A stretch of 64,000 nucleotides of DNA from a bacterium. GTDB lineage: Bacteria; UBA8248. A model generated the notes under the pieces. It ran no database searches. It was not told where the DNA came from and worked only from the letters and a program-made list of their open reading frames with translations. Both the position numbers and the translations under genes were made by a program. Shown piece after piece: positions 35,417-61,758 of this stretch (its first letter is position 1; every line of letters begins with the position of its first letter). The stretch lies in assembly GCA_965213685.1 (NCBI GenBank), contig CBDBZY010000064.1, positions 512,001-576,000 on the forward strand, given 5' to 3'.

Positions 35417-35946
35417 CTATTGTCTATTTGACTTCACCTGAGCCCTCGAAAAATTGTTATAACTTGTCTATTTTACATCCCATCTAAAAAAACGCTAACA
35501 CCATTGGAATCCTCGCAACTTTCCCGCTCTGGTGATGTCCTACACTAAACATGAAAGCCTACCAGTCAAATGTTAGCTGTATGTCCCACAAAGAAAGTAT
35601 GTAGATACCACTGACCACAAGGAATTTAGTCCGCGTGACCTAACGGAGTGCGCGCGCCCCTCACGCAGCACTCGCGTTCTCGTTTCCAGAGGAAAAGCTC
35701 CAAGAAACGCAGGCTATGAAGATCAGGAAGGATTTTGGTGCGTACTAACCTCCTGCAAAGGCAGCGCAAGAGTAGAAAGCAGATCTACTCGGAGTCTCGC
35801 GCGTATACACAGCTCAGACCACGCCCAGATGCCCGCGCATTCCGCTACCCGCAAATATGAGGGAATTTGTAATAACGACGCGCACTTGCGTAAGCGAGTG
35901 AACCACACCTACTTCCGGGGCTCAGGTGAACGCGAATAGACAATAG
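35417..35946. mobile_element. TIR element just 3' of the secreted gene's stop codon
   Basis: TIRs of about 29 bp: CTATTGTCTATT..TTCACCTGAGCCC and GGGCTCAGGTGAA..AATAGACAATAG. Confidence 0.75.
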
Positions 35947-36559
35947 TTAGTAGTAAAATGTGCACTCCCATTGTTTTATTCCTCACAAATTTTCATCCAT
36001 TTCCTTTGTACCATTACTTGTACAGGTCTTTATGATTGCAGTACTGGACAGTAAATATGTCATGGAGTAGTAGAAACCTGCATAAAGATAGTCTATAGGA
36101 ATAAGCTTATGCTGCTTTTAGGCTTTAATGAAGTACACAAACCTTTTTGATTTATACAATTAAAGACAGTAGATGTGTTTGATGTATTAGGTGCTGACTT
36201 AAGCACTGGTAAATTATACTTGATCTTTTCATATTATGCTATGTACTAGCAATACTCAAAACAATTATACTGACCAGAAAGTATATATTATGCTGAAGAT
36301 TATGCTCAAGTGCATGGCATCTGAGCATGTTCGGTAGCTTCAAAGCTGGTTGTACATGGCCTCTGAACATGCTCAGAGAAGAGGGTGTTCAACACTCTAC
36401 AATCGCTTTGGAAATGACCAAAGCAGAGCTGCAGAAGCAAACTGTTATTTATGTTACAGTACAATGAAAGAATCTATATACAGTATATACCGACCATTTT
36501 CTCACAGTCTAATTATACACTAAAAAGAGATTAAGTTTGCAAGTATTATGCTCCTTACA

Positions 36560-37070
36560 CAAAAATAGCAATTAAGCCTCTCTCTCATCAGCAAGCATAA
36601 AATATTATCACAGGAGGCACACCAGTATATGAGAGCCATGTCCAGAGGCAAGATCCACAGTATTGCTCCACAGAGGAAGGCAATAATGGCAGACATCGCC
36701 AGGACAGAGGATGGCTCCATGATCAAGGGAATGAAACAATGTATTTTAGCAGAGGGAGCTCCAGGCGTGCATGGGAAATCAACGTTTGTGTGGAAACTGT
36801 GCCGAAAGTGGAGTAAGGGTAAGATACACTAGCAATTTAGACAAGTGGTGCCGCTTAGGCTCAGGGAAAGGAGAGTCAGAGAAACACAAAGAGCCAGTGA
36901 CTTGTTTAGACGATGTCAACAGACGGATGGATGCCCAGCTGAATTACATGAAGAATCCATTTCTAGACCTAGTCCAGGGCCAAGAACTACCTGATGCCAC
37001 TGTTCTGATGACCAGCAGGCCTCATGCAAGTGAGGTGATTGTGACCAAGTGTCAAGACCACTTACTGTCG
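36560..37070 (+). pseudogene. NACHT-domain (NLR-like) gene remnant
   Basis: Walker A region ILAEGAPGVHGKSTFVWKLCRKWSKGK, then in another frame CLDDV..LVQGQELPDATVLMTSRPHAS; contains frameshifts and deletions. Confidence 0.75.
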
Positions 37071-37139
37071 AGTGGAGAAAGTTATAATTGTGACAGTGCA
37101 GCCCCTTCATCCATATACAGCTCTGGAACACGCTGCATC

Positions 37140-37230
37140 AGACCTAGCTATCCTATTCCAACATTTCTCTACCCAATGATACCCCTCCAAGTAGCTAAAA
37201 TGTATCCCTAGACTTACTGTCAGGAAAATT
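37140..37230 (-). mobile_element. Internal fragment of the palindrome-ended element family
   Basis: TAGCTATCCTATTCC..TCTCTACCCAATGATACCCCTCCAAGTAGCTAAAATG matches 29800-29870 and the reverse complement of 2435-2510. Confidence 0.6.
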
Positions 37231-38802
37231 CTTCTTCTTCTTCTTCTTCGTAATTAGCCAATCAACCAATCAGATTTGACCCTCTGAAATTCCGTGGAGT
37301 ACAAATTATTCTGTCTGTACCAACTGTACCATACCCTCCTCTCCCGTTTTCGAACGTAATGGGTAGTTAGTAACTGGAGAGTAGAGGGTCTGGAAACGAG
37401 ACTACTAACGCTCTAACTCGAAGTAGTATTAGAAGTGCACTTATATATAGCACGATGATGCATGGAGAAGGTTTTAGAAGGTGAATGATACAACACTAAA
37501 GGTATATCCTGTAAGACTTATAATGAAACCAACTAGAGGTGTAAATAAAATCATACAGGTTGAATATAGAACTACTAAGTCCTCCCTCGCTAACAAAACT
37601 TTCTGGGGGATGACCAACTCCAATGCACCGTTTTCGGCTAAAAGCCTCGTTAGTGTCGTGACGTTTTGGAGACGCTTCGCGAGGTGAGTATAAACTTAAA
37701 CTACAACGAATTTACAATTGACTGCCGAAGTATCGGAGCTTAACTCACAATCCTGTGCATTTCCCGATGCTAACGTTAAAAACCTTTACTTTGGCTCGTG
37801 CTGTCGAAACGAAGTTGCTCTCTTCAGTGATGATCCGCCTGCTGCAGTTTCAGACCTTAAGGCAGGACGACCCTAAGACATGATTTTGCCTGATTTATGT
37901 TTTATTGTATTCTCCTAATGATGCCTGTTAGCGAAATAACGTAGTTTTGCGTGATATGTCGGTTCATAGAATTATAAAATTTACGCAATATGCATATCGC
38001 TAATTATAGAAAAAAAATTTGCCAATAACGGCTAATGCTGCAGAGACGAAACTTCGGTGGATGATTACTAAGCATGTTGGCTATCTAAGTTTGCTTTAAA
38101 AATCTGTGCTAAATCTTTCTTTCTAGACATATAATCGTTTTCTTCGTGCTGCAGAATTTAGAAAAACGGTAGCAAATTCTGCCGTAAAGTAGCAAGCCAA
38201 GCCTCGAGCAACCCATTGCGCATAAACTAGTTCACTCCCCTTTGGCGAGCATCCACCTCTTTACCGGTTGGCGCCACACAGCGCCGCACGTCCAACGGTA
38301 GCGGGAAATATGAGTTTTTTCCCAGCGAATTTGCAACCGCGCCAAAGAATTGCTGTCGTTTTAGCGTTGGTAAACGTAGGGGGAAAGCGACGGTAGAGTA
38401 ATTGACGAAGAACGCAATCATGACTCGCCCTCCCTTAACTCCCATGTTTTTACGGAAATTTAGACCCTAACGTTATTTCTAAGTTCATATATGAAGCCCT
38501 ACCACATGCACAGCAGCTGACTGTCACATGACAAAGTATTATCAATATATTACCTTGGTGACATGTGACTTGTGTCAACTACTTGTACAGTGTTCCACGC
38601 GAAGAGACAGATCGCCACACTTTTAAAGTTTTTGTAATTTCACTCTCTCAGGGTATAATTATGCTAGTGGGTCATACTATATATCAAATTAATCTTCCAT
38701 CATCAGGAAATACAGGGGTGGCGGAGCAGGTCCGGCAGAACGGGCGGCCGCCGGAGCAATATTTTTGATGGTCGGGGACGGGGCACCCCGTGGACTTGAC
38801 CA

Positions 38803-39263
38803 CTAGTCTTGCGCGCGCGTAATAATTGAAGACCCCTAGTCAAAAAGGGCGTTAAAACGACGTTCGTATACTTTGAGAAAACGGCCATTAAAAGATTTAC
38901 GGGGGTTGTCCACGAAGGTTTCTTCTGTTTGCTATACCTTCTGGGCGTTTCAAGGCGCTTTCTAGACTACAAATATTGTGAACTACCCATGCGGGGAATG
39001 CAGAAAGAGGTGAAAGCACATGACAAGGCCCTTTTGGTGCGAGGTTGAAGGTTATAAATCACATAAGGCATATACTATTTAGACTGTAATACTTCGGCAG
39101 CAGATAGTTGAGTCATAGTCCGCTACTTTTCATGCAAAAGTCTTCTTTTTACCTCGAAGTGTTTTAATGTCCTTTTTGACCGGAGCCCTTCAATTGATGA
39201 CCTTTGTACCCGTAAGGAGCCTACGGGTACAACGGTCATCAATTACGCGCGCGCAGGGGCTAG
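38803..39263. mobile_element. TAG..CTA-terminated inverted-repeat element (Academ-like) with internal hairpin
   Basis: CTAGTCTTGCGCGCGCGTAAT.. versus ..ATTACGCGCGCGCAGGGGCTAG; hairpin AATTGATGACCTTTGTACCCGTA..TACGGGTACAACGGTCATCAATT. Confidence 0.5.
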
Positions 39264-40029
39264 TCTTATTGACTGTACTGTAGGTCTCACTACGTGTACG
39301 TGTACTGTAATGGAGTCTCACTACACGTACGTGTACCGAATAATGTTGTCTACCGTTGCGCAAGCGTTTTACCGTAAGTACACTTGCACAATTGGTGTGG
39401 GCACGCACTGTACTACAGCAAAATAACAAAGAACACCACAGGGATGAACGTAAGTCTTACGTTTATCCCTGCGGTGTGCCGTGTCTAGCCTGCTCTACGC
39501 GTGACCTTTGACCCCGTGGCTTAGGAGTTCAAAGGTCATGCATCAACGCGGGGAGAGCCTGGGGACGAGGCTAATTTGTGTCCTCTGCGGTTCTTTTGCA
39601 GTTGTATTCTGCGTACCCACGTGCAGAGCTTTAAATGGCGCAATCGCAGTGTTCATTGCTAGTGTACTTTTCATAGCTAGTGTACTTTCCGATATATAAT
39701 CCCATAACGTCCAAGCATCTCATTAATAATCATGATGTCAGACCACCCAGACTCTCGCCTGACCAATCATTATTAGCTTCCGCCGGTCCTTGAATAGGGA
39801 GTTGCCTGCAAAGTTTGGAAGCTAACTGTGCATTTCCCGAGCCTAATGGCAAAGGCCCTCAAAAACCACCGTGACTGTTTTCTTCTGCTGTGCAAAAATT
39901 GTTGAGGTTTGCTTCGTGACAGTGAGTTCACATATACCCCCCCCCCCCCCCTAGGGAAGAAGTATTTTGCTGCATTTGCGTGGAGCACTGTAAGGTCTTT
40001 AAAAAATGTGGAAATGTGGCCATTGCACT

Positions 40030-40722
40030 CTTCTAGTGTGAAACACTGTCTTCAGTATCGATGAGAGTCCTGGGTGTTCAGCAGTTTGGTGAGAACACCT
40101 TCAACCCACTTGGGGCCCTGTCTGTAGTTCTGGACCATAATGTTCTGTCCAACACTAAAATGCCTGGGTCGGGTGTGTTGTTCGTGATATGACACTTGAT
40201 CAGCTTGCTTCTTGTGAACCTGTGTCTCTGTGCTGAGATAAAGCAGGGAGAACCGAGTGCATAGCTGACATTGAAGAAACAGAGTGCATAGAACTCTGTT
40301 GGTTGTGGCATGTGGTGTGGAACAATATGTGAAAAGGAAGTTAGCCAAATGATGAGACAAGGTGTGGCTTTCCTTATCACTTGCCTTCTTTGCTTGTTTG
40401 AATGTCTCGATGAAATGTCCACTGCTCCATTTGAAGAAGGATGATAGGATGAATTATGGGTATGATTTACTCCATTTCCCTTCATGAAGGCTTTGTGTAA
40501 ATTGGGGGCCATTGTCAGAGACAACCTGCTCAGGCAGGCCATACATGATACAGGCTGATGTAGAACAGCATTGGTCTTGGCTGTAGACATTTCAAAAAAT
40601 TCAGGCCACTTTGAGTTGGCGTCAACCACCACTAGAAATGATCTTCCTAGGAATGGCCCAGTGAAGTTGATGGGTAGGCGTTGCCATGGTTTGGCTGGCC
40701 AAGTCCAGGGATGTAGAGGTGC
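40030..40722 (-). mobile_element. Ty3/Gypsy LTR-retrotransposon integrase remnant
   Basis: Reads LHPWTWPAKPWQRL..GPFLGRSFLVVVDANSKWPE..SYHPSSNGAV..FLFTYCSTPHATT..VQNYRQGPKW; frameshifted. Confidence 0.85.
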
Positions 40723-40858
40723 TAAAGGAGGTGCATGCTTGATGCTCTGACAGGATAATGCATCAACACACTGAAGATGCGAGGGCTTCTTTGGCTTGTT
40801 GGAAGGCCTGAGAACATTCCTTTATCCATGCCAAAGATCATCCATTCTGTGGGCACGT

Positions 40859-40912
<54 letters not shown>

Positions 40913-41229
40913 TAGCCCTTCTCCGAGGACTTCTGGCTCACACTACAGCCCTTAACTCAGCTTCACTATGCTACAGTTCTTAACTCAGCTTTGCTATAGA
41001 GGAATGTAATAACATGGCATCTTTCAAAGAACATCCATGAGTGAGTCATTAGCACCTGGTATACAAGGCAAACATGGACTCTGTTTGAGATATGATATTC
41101 CTCCTGGAACATGACTACAGACACATAGTGCACCCACATGAATAGTTATTTTGGCTGAATGATGCTGTACAAATGCCAAGACACTTTATGTCAATGTTAC
41201 ATGTGTCAATGTTACATGTGTCAATGTCT

Positions 41230-44053
<2,824 letters not shown>

Positions 44054-44628
44054 ATGTATGTTAATATGTAGCCTCGCGGAGCCACGCACGCGAGAAAATT
44101 TACACAACAGGACTACCGTGACTAGAACTAAGCGGGTATGTTTGCGCGTTTGAGTTCAAGGGCTCGTTTAAATCCTGACAGATAGATCTCGTGAAAAACG
44201 TTTCCTGTAAAGTGACGTTTTCTCTAAAACTGCTTCGTTCGAGTGTTAGAAGCGTTAGAAACTTACCCGGCCGGCTCGAGTCCGCCATTTTGTTCACGCA
44301 ATGTTTCGTATACCTCCGTTTCACGTCCGTGACGGTACGTAGAGTTGTGTGTTGTATGAAAAGCTCTCTTCTGATACAATGCCAACACCTATACTTTAGT
44401 ACATCTGCACCACATGCACATGCAATGGCAACAGCTATATATATGGAAAGAGTGCAAAAATGTGCCCTAAGAATATGTTCAAGAAAATGAACCAGTAGTT
44501 ACTTGAGATGTTCAAATTGGAAAACTGCCAAATGTATTGATCCTTTTAATAGTATTGTTACTGGGCATATATATATTATATCCACCCAAACACCTCCTGA
44601 AGCATCAAGGTCTACACATATATAGCTA

Positions 44629-44820
44629 CAGGGTTTAATCTAGAAAACTTTATCAGGGGGGGCGGAAATTCAGTCATTATAATCAAATGACCAAATGAAA
44701 AGTAGGTGTGGTTTCTATTCTAAATTAGGATATTGTGAAGGGGTGGTTGAAGAATTTGGGGGGAAGTTGGAGAGTTAGGGGGGAAGCTTTCCTGACACCC
44801 CCTCAGTAGATGAAACCCTG
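44629..44820. mobile_element. hAT-like MITE
   Basis: TIRs CAGGGTTTAATCTA and TAGATGAAACCCTG. Confidence 0.6.
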
Positions 44821-45129
44821 AATGTATCTGTAATACTGCATACCTTCAGCCCGTACCAACCATCTCAAAATAATGTTCCTTTATGATAAGACCTATTACA
44901 GTATGAATGCTGACTATCACCATTACTGTGTATTTGAAGCAGTTACTTAGCATTTAAGAAGTACATACTATATACTACTCTTTTAGTATATGTACACAAC
45001 TTAAATGGGCGCACTTTATATTAATTAACATTTAAATGCTATTTGTGTGTAACTGCATGAGAAATCATGACATCCCTGGTCTGTACCAGGTATATATACT
45101 TAAACCTGAATTCCATCATCAAAGGCCAA

Positions 45130-45235
45130 AGACCGCGCCAAGACGAAGCATGCGCATGCGCAAATTCAGTGACGTAATTTGGCGCGCAATCTACGCGCGA
45201 AATCGCGAAAGAAGTAACATTCCGGAAGTTAGGTT
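45130..45235. promoter_or_regulatory. CpG-rich promoter-like motif cluster
   Basis: TGCGCATGCGCA (NRF1 consensus, 45151-45162), TGACGTAA (CRE-like) and CCGGAAGT (ETS consensus, 45222-45229) within 80 bp. Confidence 0.4.
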
Positions 45236-48200
45236 TGTAGTAGTGATATGCATATCTGATACCATGATCCAGTGTACGAGTACCCAAAGAGAAGCGAAGG
45301 AGCAGTGTATCTGCAGAGCAGGAACGTCTTGACAGACAGGAACAGTTGTACAGTACGTTTAATGAGTACATGAGTGGTACCGCAGCGTCAGCGTGTGTAA
45401 TAATTTGCCGTTCAGCAACTTTTTGGGCCGTCCTGTAGTACCGTTACTGTGTGCTTTCTGTGTACATACTGTACACTGTTACCTTCTAGGGTGCTGTAGA
45501 ACAGCGCTATCACTGCATTCACTTCCTAGCGCCTATACAACTGACTGCTCAGCAACCGATGCAAGGCGGGATGCTTTTGCTAGTGCGTAGCCTTGACACT
45601 GCGGCCTTGTTACTAACTTGCTTAGCGTATATGTGCCGAAGAGACAGTACATTTGCGGGCGATCACATTTGCCAGTATACCGTTGTCCTTTACTACTGAC
45701 AGTATCCAGCGCGCTGACCCAGCCACGCACATGTGTATTTACTCTCCCGTTCTCTTATTCTTCCAGCTGCTTCTGCAGTGCGAGATAACAATCCTACGTG
45801 TACATGTGGCGGCAGTTTAGCGTGCATTGCCGCCAGTCCATCATGTTTAGTACGTTTGTATGTCTACACATCCCCTCTTAATAACTGGAGTGGTACTTCG
45901 AATCCAGCTTGATCAGTTGTTGCTGGATCACGTACGGTGCAGCACCTGTTGCCTGGCTTTGTAGCCACAATATGCCCTCGGGTTCCCCAGTGGGCTACAG
46001 GGCATAGTGGTGGAGAGAGGTGATACAACCACAGTGGAGGGCTGTAGGCCAAGTAAAGGCGGCCAGCTGATTAGTAGGCTCTGTGAATCATAGGGTGTGT
46101 ATGTTACACAGATGCTGTAGTGGGTGTTACTTATTAGCACATACTGTGCTCTGAGACTGAACCACTCTGGCCCTTGATGTAATGGCAACTACTGGACCTT
46201 GTGGGGACTTGTGCTGGTGCAAAGTGCACACTCTTAAGTTCTCAGGCTGCACCTTGCACCCAATGCTTCCACAAAACTGGAACCAAGGCTAATCTCTGGC
46301 TGACCACTGGCTAAACAATGTGGGTGACAATTGGATGACTTCTAGCTGGCCACTGTGCTGCCCAATGGTCCAGTTGGGAGTGGAGTACTCCTCCCATGGC
46401 AAGTGGGAGTTGTGGCTATGGAAGGAATTCTTTGTGGCCACTGTCAGGTAAATGCAACTAGCTGAACAGGTTTGCTATTCTTGCGTTACATGTAGGTATT
46501 TGTAGGTATTTGTGTAAGCCACAAGTATTATTTCCTGCGTACACCCACAGATGCTTTAGTATCTATGGTACACCTGACTGCCTTGAGTCAATGACAAGCC
46601 TTGACAGTATCACTGCAGCAGAATCTGCTAGTTTGTACTCTCCACAAGACCACTCTCCTCATGTGGTCACAAACGTGTGCTAGTGTTGATATCATATGCC
46701 CATCACAAGTGCCCATAGTGGGAGTACTACATGTACATGTAAGTATGGTGAGTATTCTTTGTGTCTGTAGCACGAGGGAATTTAGGAAGTTTCTGGCCAT
46801 GAATAACATGTACACAACACACAATGGTCTTTGTTTGCTGGAGGATGATGTGTTGGGCGCTGTAAGTGTCTGTATTTGTGCACGCAACTTCATGTGATGT
46901 GCTAAGTGCTGTCTGACCATAAGAAATGTCAACAAATGTCGAGTATGGCTGGCAGGCAGGCAGGCAGGCAGGCAGGCAAAAAGCCAGGCAGGCAGGCAAG
47001 CAGGCAAAAAGCCATGGTGTGCATGTTTGCTGCAGGGGCCTTGTTTATTCACTTGTTTTCATAATTGCTTCTCAAGAAGTATCACCATGGAGTTCCCCAC
47101 CCCACACTACAGGCGCCAGTGACCAGTAGGCAGCTGTTGTTGCACTGTAAGAACAATCCAATATTGAAAGTGTGTCCTAGTGTGTTAACAGTGTGCAGTC
47201 ATGCACTGTACTACTATACCTTGTTACTCTCCTGGAAGCTCATAATGACTTTCCTAAGTGTCTAGCACTGTATGATGTGGTTTGCTTTGGTGGTGCGCTA
47301 ATTGATGTATACACCAGCACAAGCCACTGAAATGTCTCATGAGACTCTGAGTGAGCAAAGGTTAGGGAGTAGTTATGCCAACATTAGTGTACAGGTAAGG
47401 TTATGCTACATGACATCTAAGTGGCAAGAAAATTTTGTTGACCACATGTTATTACATGTACCTGTGGACACTTGACATAAGGCTTCACCTGGGAACCTTA
47501 TCAGCTCTCAAAATGAGCCCCACCCCCCCCCCCCCCCCCTCTGCCATTGCTGCTTGTATGGCCCTAATCTGTCCCTCTGCAATGTGAAGAGGAAGTCCAG
47601 TCATAGACAGGAAGTGAGTAGTGGGTGCTGAGGTCATTAAGTTCCCCAGGGAGCTTGCACAGCACTCTTTATCAGTTGTTGCTGACCACTACACACTCTA
47701 CACACTAGCTAGCCTCCATCACTGTCAGGACAGACCCAGGACTTCCTGGCAGAGGGTTCGCATTAACAGTGCTAGCTTGCCACCCCCCACACCGTTGGGG
47801 CGCTGTTCATTGCATGGGCACGATGTGCTCTGGCAGGGCCCAAAGGGAATGTCCCCTGACTCCTTGCGACTGACCTTAAGTACATGTAGTAATCTGGTAA
47901 CTTCGTCATGCCATTGCTACATCTGTCAAAATTTGAAATGCCTCACCTACAAGAAAGTAGTGTCATGGAGTGGCTGGTCCTCTTGGTCCCCGGCAGGGCT
48001 AGAGCAGCAAGGGATGATAGCCTCATCTACATTTGTGATGCAGTCAAGTGCCCCTAAATCTATCCTTCTATCAGAAGGTCTTGTCATTCATGGACATGTA
48101 TTGTGTTGGTATTGCAAGACTCTGACATAGTCATAGCAGTACAAGTTGAGGGTGGTACCTCTCCACCCTGTGAGTGTGACGTGCTTGGGGCCTCCTGCCT

Positions 48201-48579
48201 TGGCTGTGCTGTTCTGTTGCAATGCATGTACACGTACAAATGCACCATCCCCTTACCATACACTGGCTGCTGGTCTGGAAGTGCTGTACAAATACATGAA
48301 AATCTGCACAGTGTTGAGAGCCTGTTTTATCTCCCATGGATTAAGAATCTGAAGGCACCAGTACCTCTCCCTCTTCATACTATACTGTATATGTCCTCAC
48401 TATATACAATGTACATGTATGTATGTACATATTATGTACATGCAGCATGCAGCATTAGTTCTGCTGGTATATGGAGAAGGTATGGAGGAGGACCATGTGA
48501 CTTGCATGATGCATTCCTGCGTGTGCCATGATCACACCACCACCATACTGGGAGCGAGGTACTTTGCTCAGGAATGGTG

Positions 48580-48655
<76 letters not shown>

Positions 48656-49979
48656 ATACATGTACATGTATGTATGTGTACATTGCTGGCTGTGACAGAA
48701 GAATCAATGGTCATTATGTGCAGGTGCATGTCTATCTCCCTGCAGCAGCCCACACTGGGAGAGGGAATCACAGGCCCTAGTTTGTCAACACTTCATATGC
48801 TGCTTGGACTAGAGGCTACAAATGGGATATGATCTCCCATAGACTTCCTTCTGCTTCACTTGCATCAGAAGCAATGCATGTACACATGTTTGTGTGCTGC
48901 TGTGCCTCCAAGACATAGCTCTGAGGCATAGCTCTGAGGTGAGGTGGCCCCTGCCTGTGTGCCTGTCTCTCTTCCTGTGGGCCAGGTGTGCACACACCAC
49001 ACCACTAGGCCAGCCCTGGCTTCCTCCCCTGAGCTGGCTGGGCATGTGCTGGGCATGAGGTGGTGAGTGGGTGCAGAGTGAGGGGAGGGGAGAGGAGAAC
49101 AAAGGCCATTGCAGACCTACTTCAAAGGGTTGCATCTGGGAATCAGGAAAGCTGCCCATGCACAACCCTCCATGCTGTAGGAGACTGTCCACTATTACAT
49201 AACACTGACACTAGTGCCAGATGACTGCAGTGGCATAGGAATCATGGGAGGGTGCCCCCTATTGTATAGCTAATATCGTTTTTGTTCACTGTACAATTGT
49301 TCTCTGTACAAACTAGTTTTGCTAGTTAGTCTAGTACTCTGCTAGTGCACTGTACACTATGCAGTGTGCACCAGTGCCACCCTCGATCCGAGATCACATG
49401 TTGAAGATGTGTGTGTACTCTTGTGATGAATTGTCAGTTCTAATGAAAGTGGTGCTCCCTATAGAAAAGTACATGTATCTTCCTATGCCACGGAACTGCA
49501 CTTTATATTATTAGCTGCACAGTAAGCTACTGTACGTGTACATGTATGTGTGTGCATACTGCAGTACCCCATCCACCATGATCCATGCACACTTTGTTGT
49601 GCCACATTCTCCTGTGCCAACTCCTCCCCCGCCCCCCACTTCACGCCCGGGTGAACAGACGTTGGTGTGGGTGGTATGTAGCACCCACGCCACTCCATCC
49701 CCCCTGCCATACTGGTCAGCCTGGAATGTGCACATGTCAGGTGCCCCATGGCCGACCACATGCCGCCTGGCCAATGGCCCGGGCCACGTCTCATCACATA
49801 ATGGCTCCTCCTGCCATATTAGCAGTGGGCCATCGCTGGTTCCCACGAGGTGCTGTGCAGTGGGTGCAGTGAGCTACGCCTCATTCACTCCTGGCTGCCA
49901 TTACTGGTCCTCTCCCTCCCACTCTGCCTCTCTGCCTGTGTCGCCTCTGTCTATCTGTTGAGGACACAAGGAGAGATTT

Positions 49980-50140
49980 TGAGGCTCAGTTGATAGAGCG
50001 TCTGCCTCTTACGCAGAATGTTGCGGGTTTGAATCCCACCTGAAGCAGCTCATTTTTTTCTCTTGAGAAAAAAGGAGTTGTCTTCAGGTGTAGTTGCTTT
50101 GCTTTGCTTCGTCTCATTGACTGAGTTTACATGTACATGA
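49980..50140 (+). mobile_element. tRNA-derived SINE (family A)
   Basis: A-box GGCTCAGTTGATAGAGC, B-box GGTTTGAATCC, 3' body shared with 61105-61295, ends in TACATG repeats. Confidence 0.8.
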
Positions 50141-50164
50141 TGAAATGGCTCAGGAATATTTTTA

Positions 50165-50280
50165 GAGAACTGTGAAAAACTGGCAGCCACCCGGGATTGA
50201 ACTGGGGGCCTCTGACTTAAGCTGTCAGTGCTCTACCACCTGAGCTATGGCCACCAGGTGACAGCCAGCCCTTACAATTC
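50165..50280 (-). mobile_element. tRNA-derived SINE (family B)
   Basis: The reverse strand reads GTGGCCATAGCTCAGGTGGTAGAGCACTGACAGCTTAAGTCAGAGGCCCCCAGTTCAATCC. Confidence 0.6.
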
Positions 50281-50639
50281 TCAATGTACATGTACATGTA
50301 CATGTATGCAAATCTATGGCATACATACATGTACATGATTTACTAAGCCACTGAGGCTGAGAGACTATATTTCTAAGCTGGTGAAGCTGTTGTTTGTGTG
50401 TACAATATGCTGCCTGTGTGTGTAATATGTTTGTTTGTTTCTTTCTTTCTCATCTTTCCTTTCTTCTTCTTTCTATAAGTGATTTTTCATCATGTGTGTG
50501 TACGGCACATACATGTACATGTATATGTGCATGCATGTTGTGTGTGTGAGGGGGGGAGAGCAGGAGGTAATGGGCAGTGTGTCAACAGCAGGAGTGCTCG
50601 CCAGGAGTACCACTCTTCTTCTTTTTCCTTTTCCCTCAG

Positions 50640-61422
<10,783 letters not shown>

Positions 61423-61588
61423 GTCAGTCCACTGCTGCACCACACCCTCCAGTGCAGACCCTTTGGCACAATATGTACAGTACACGTGTGTCTGTTGCTC
61501 TGAGTATGTGTGTATGTGTAGTGTGAGGTCTGTTGAGATCATTGGAAGTTGCATCAGCAGATGTTTGTGAGCAGGTACATGTATGTTT

Positions 61589-61758
<170 letters not shown>

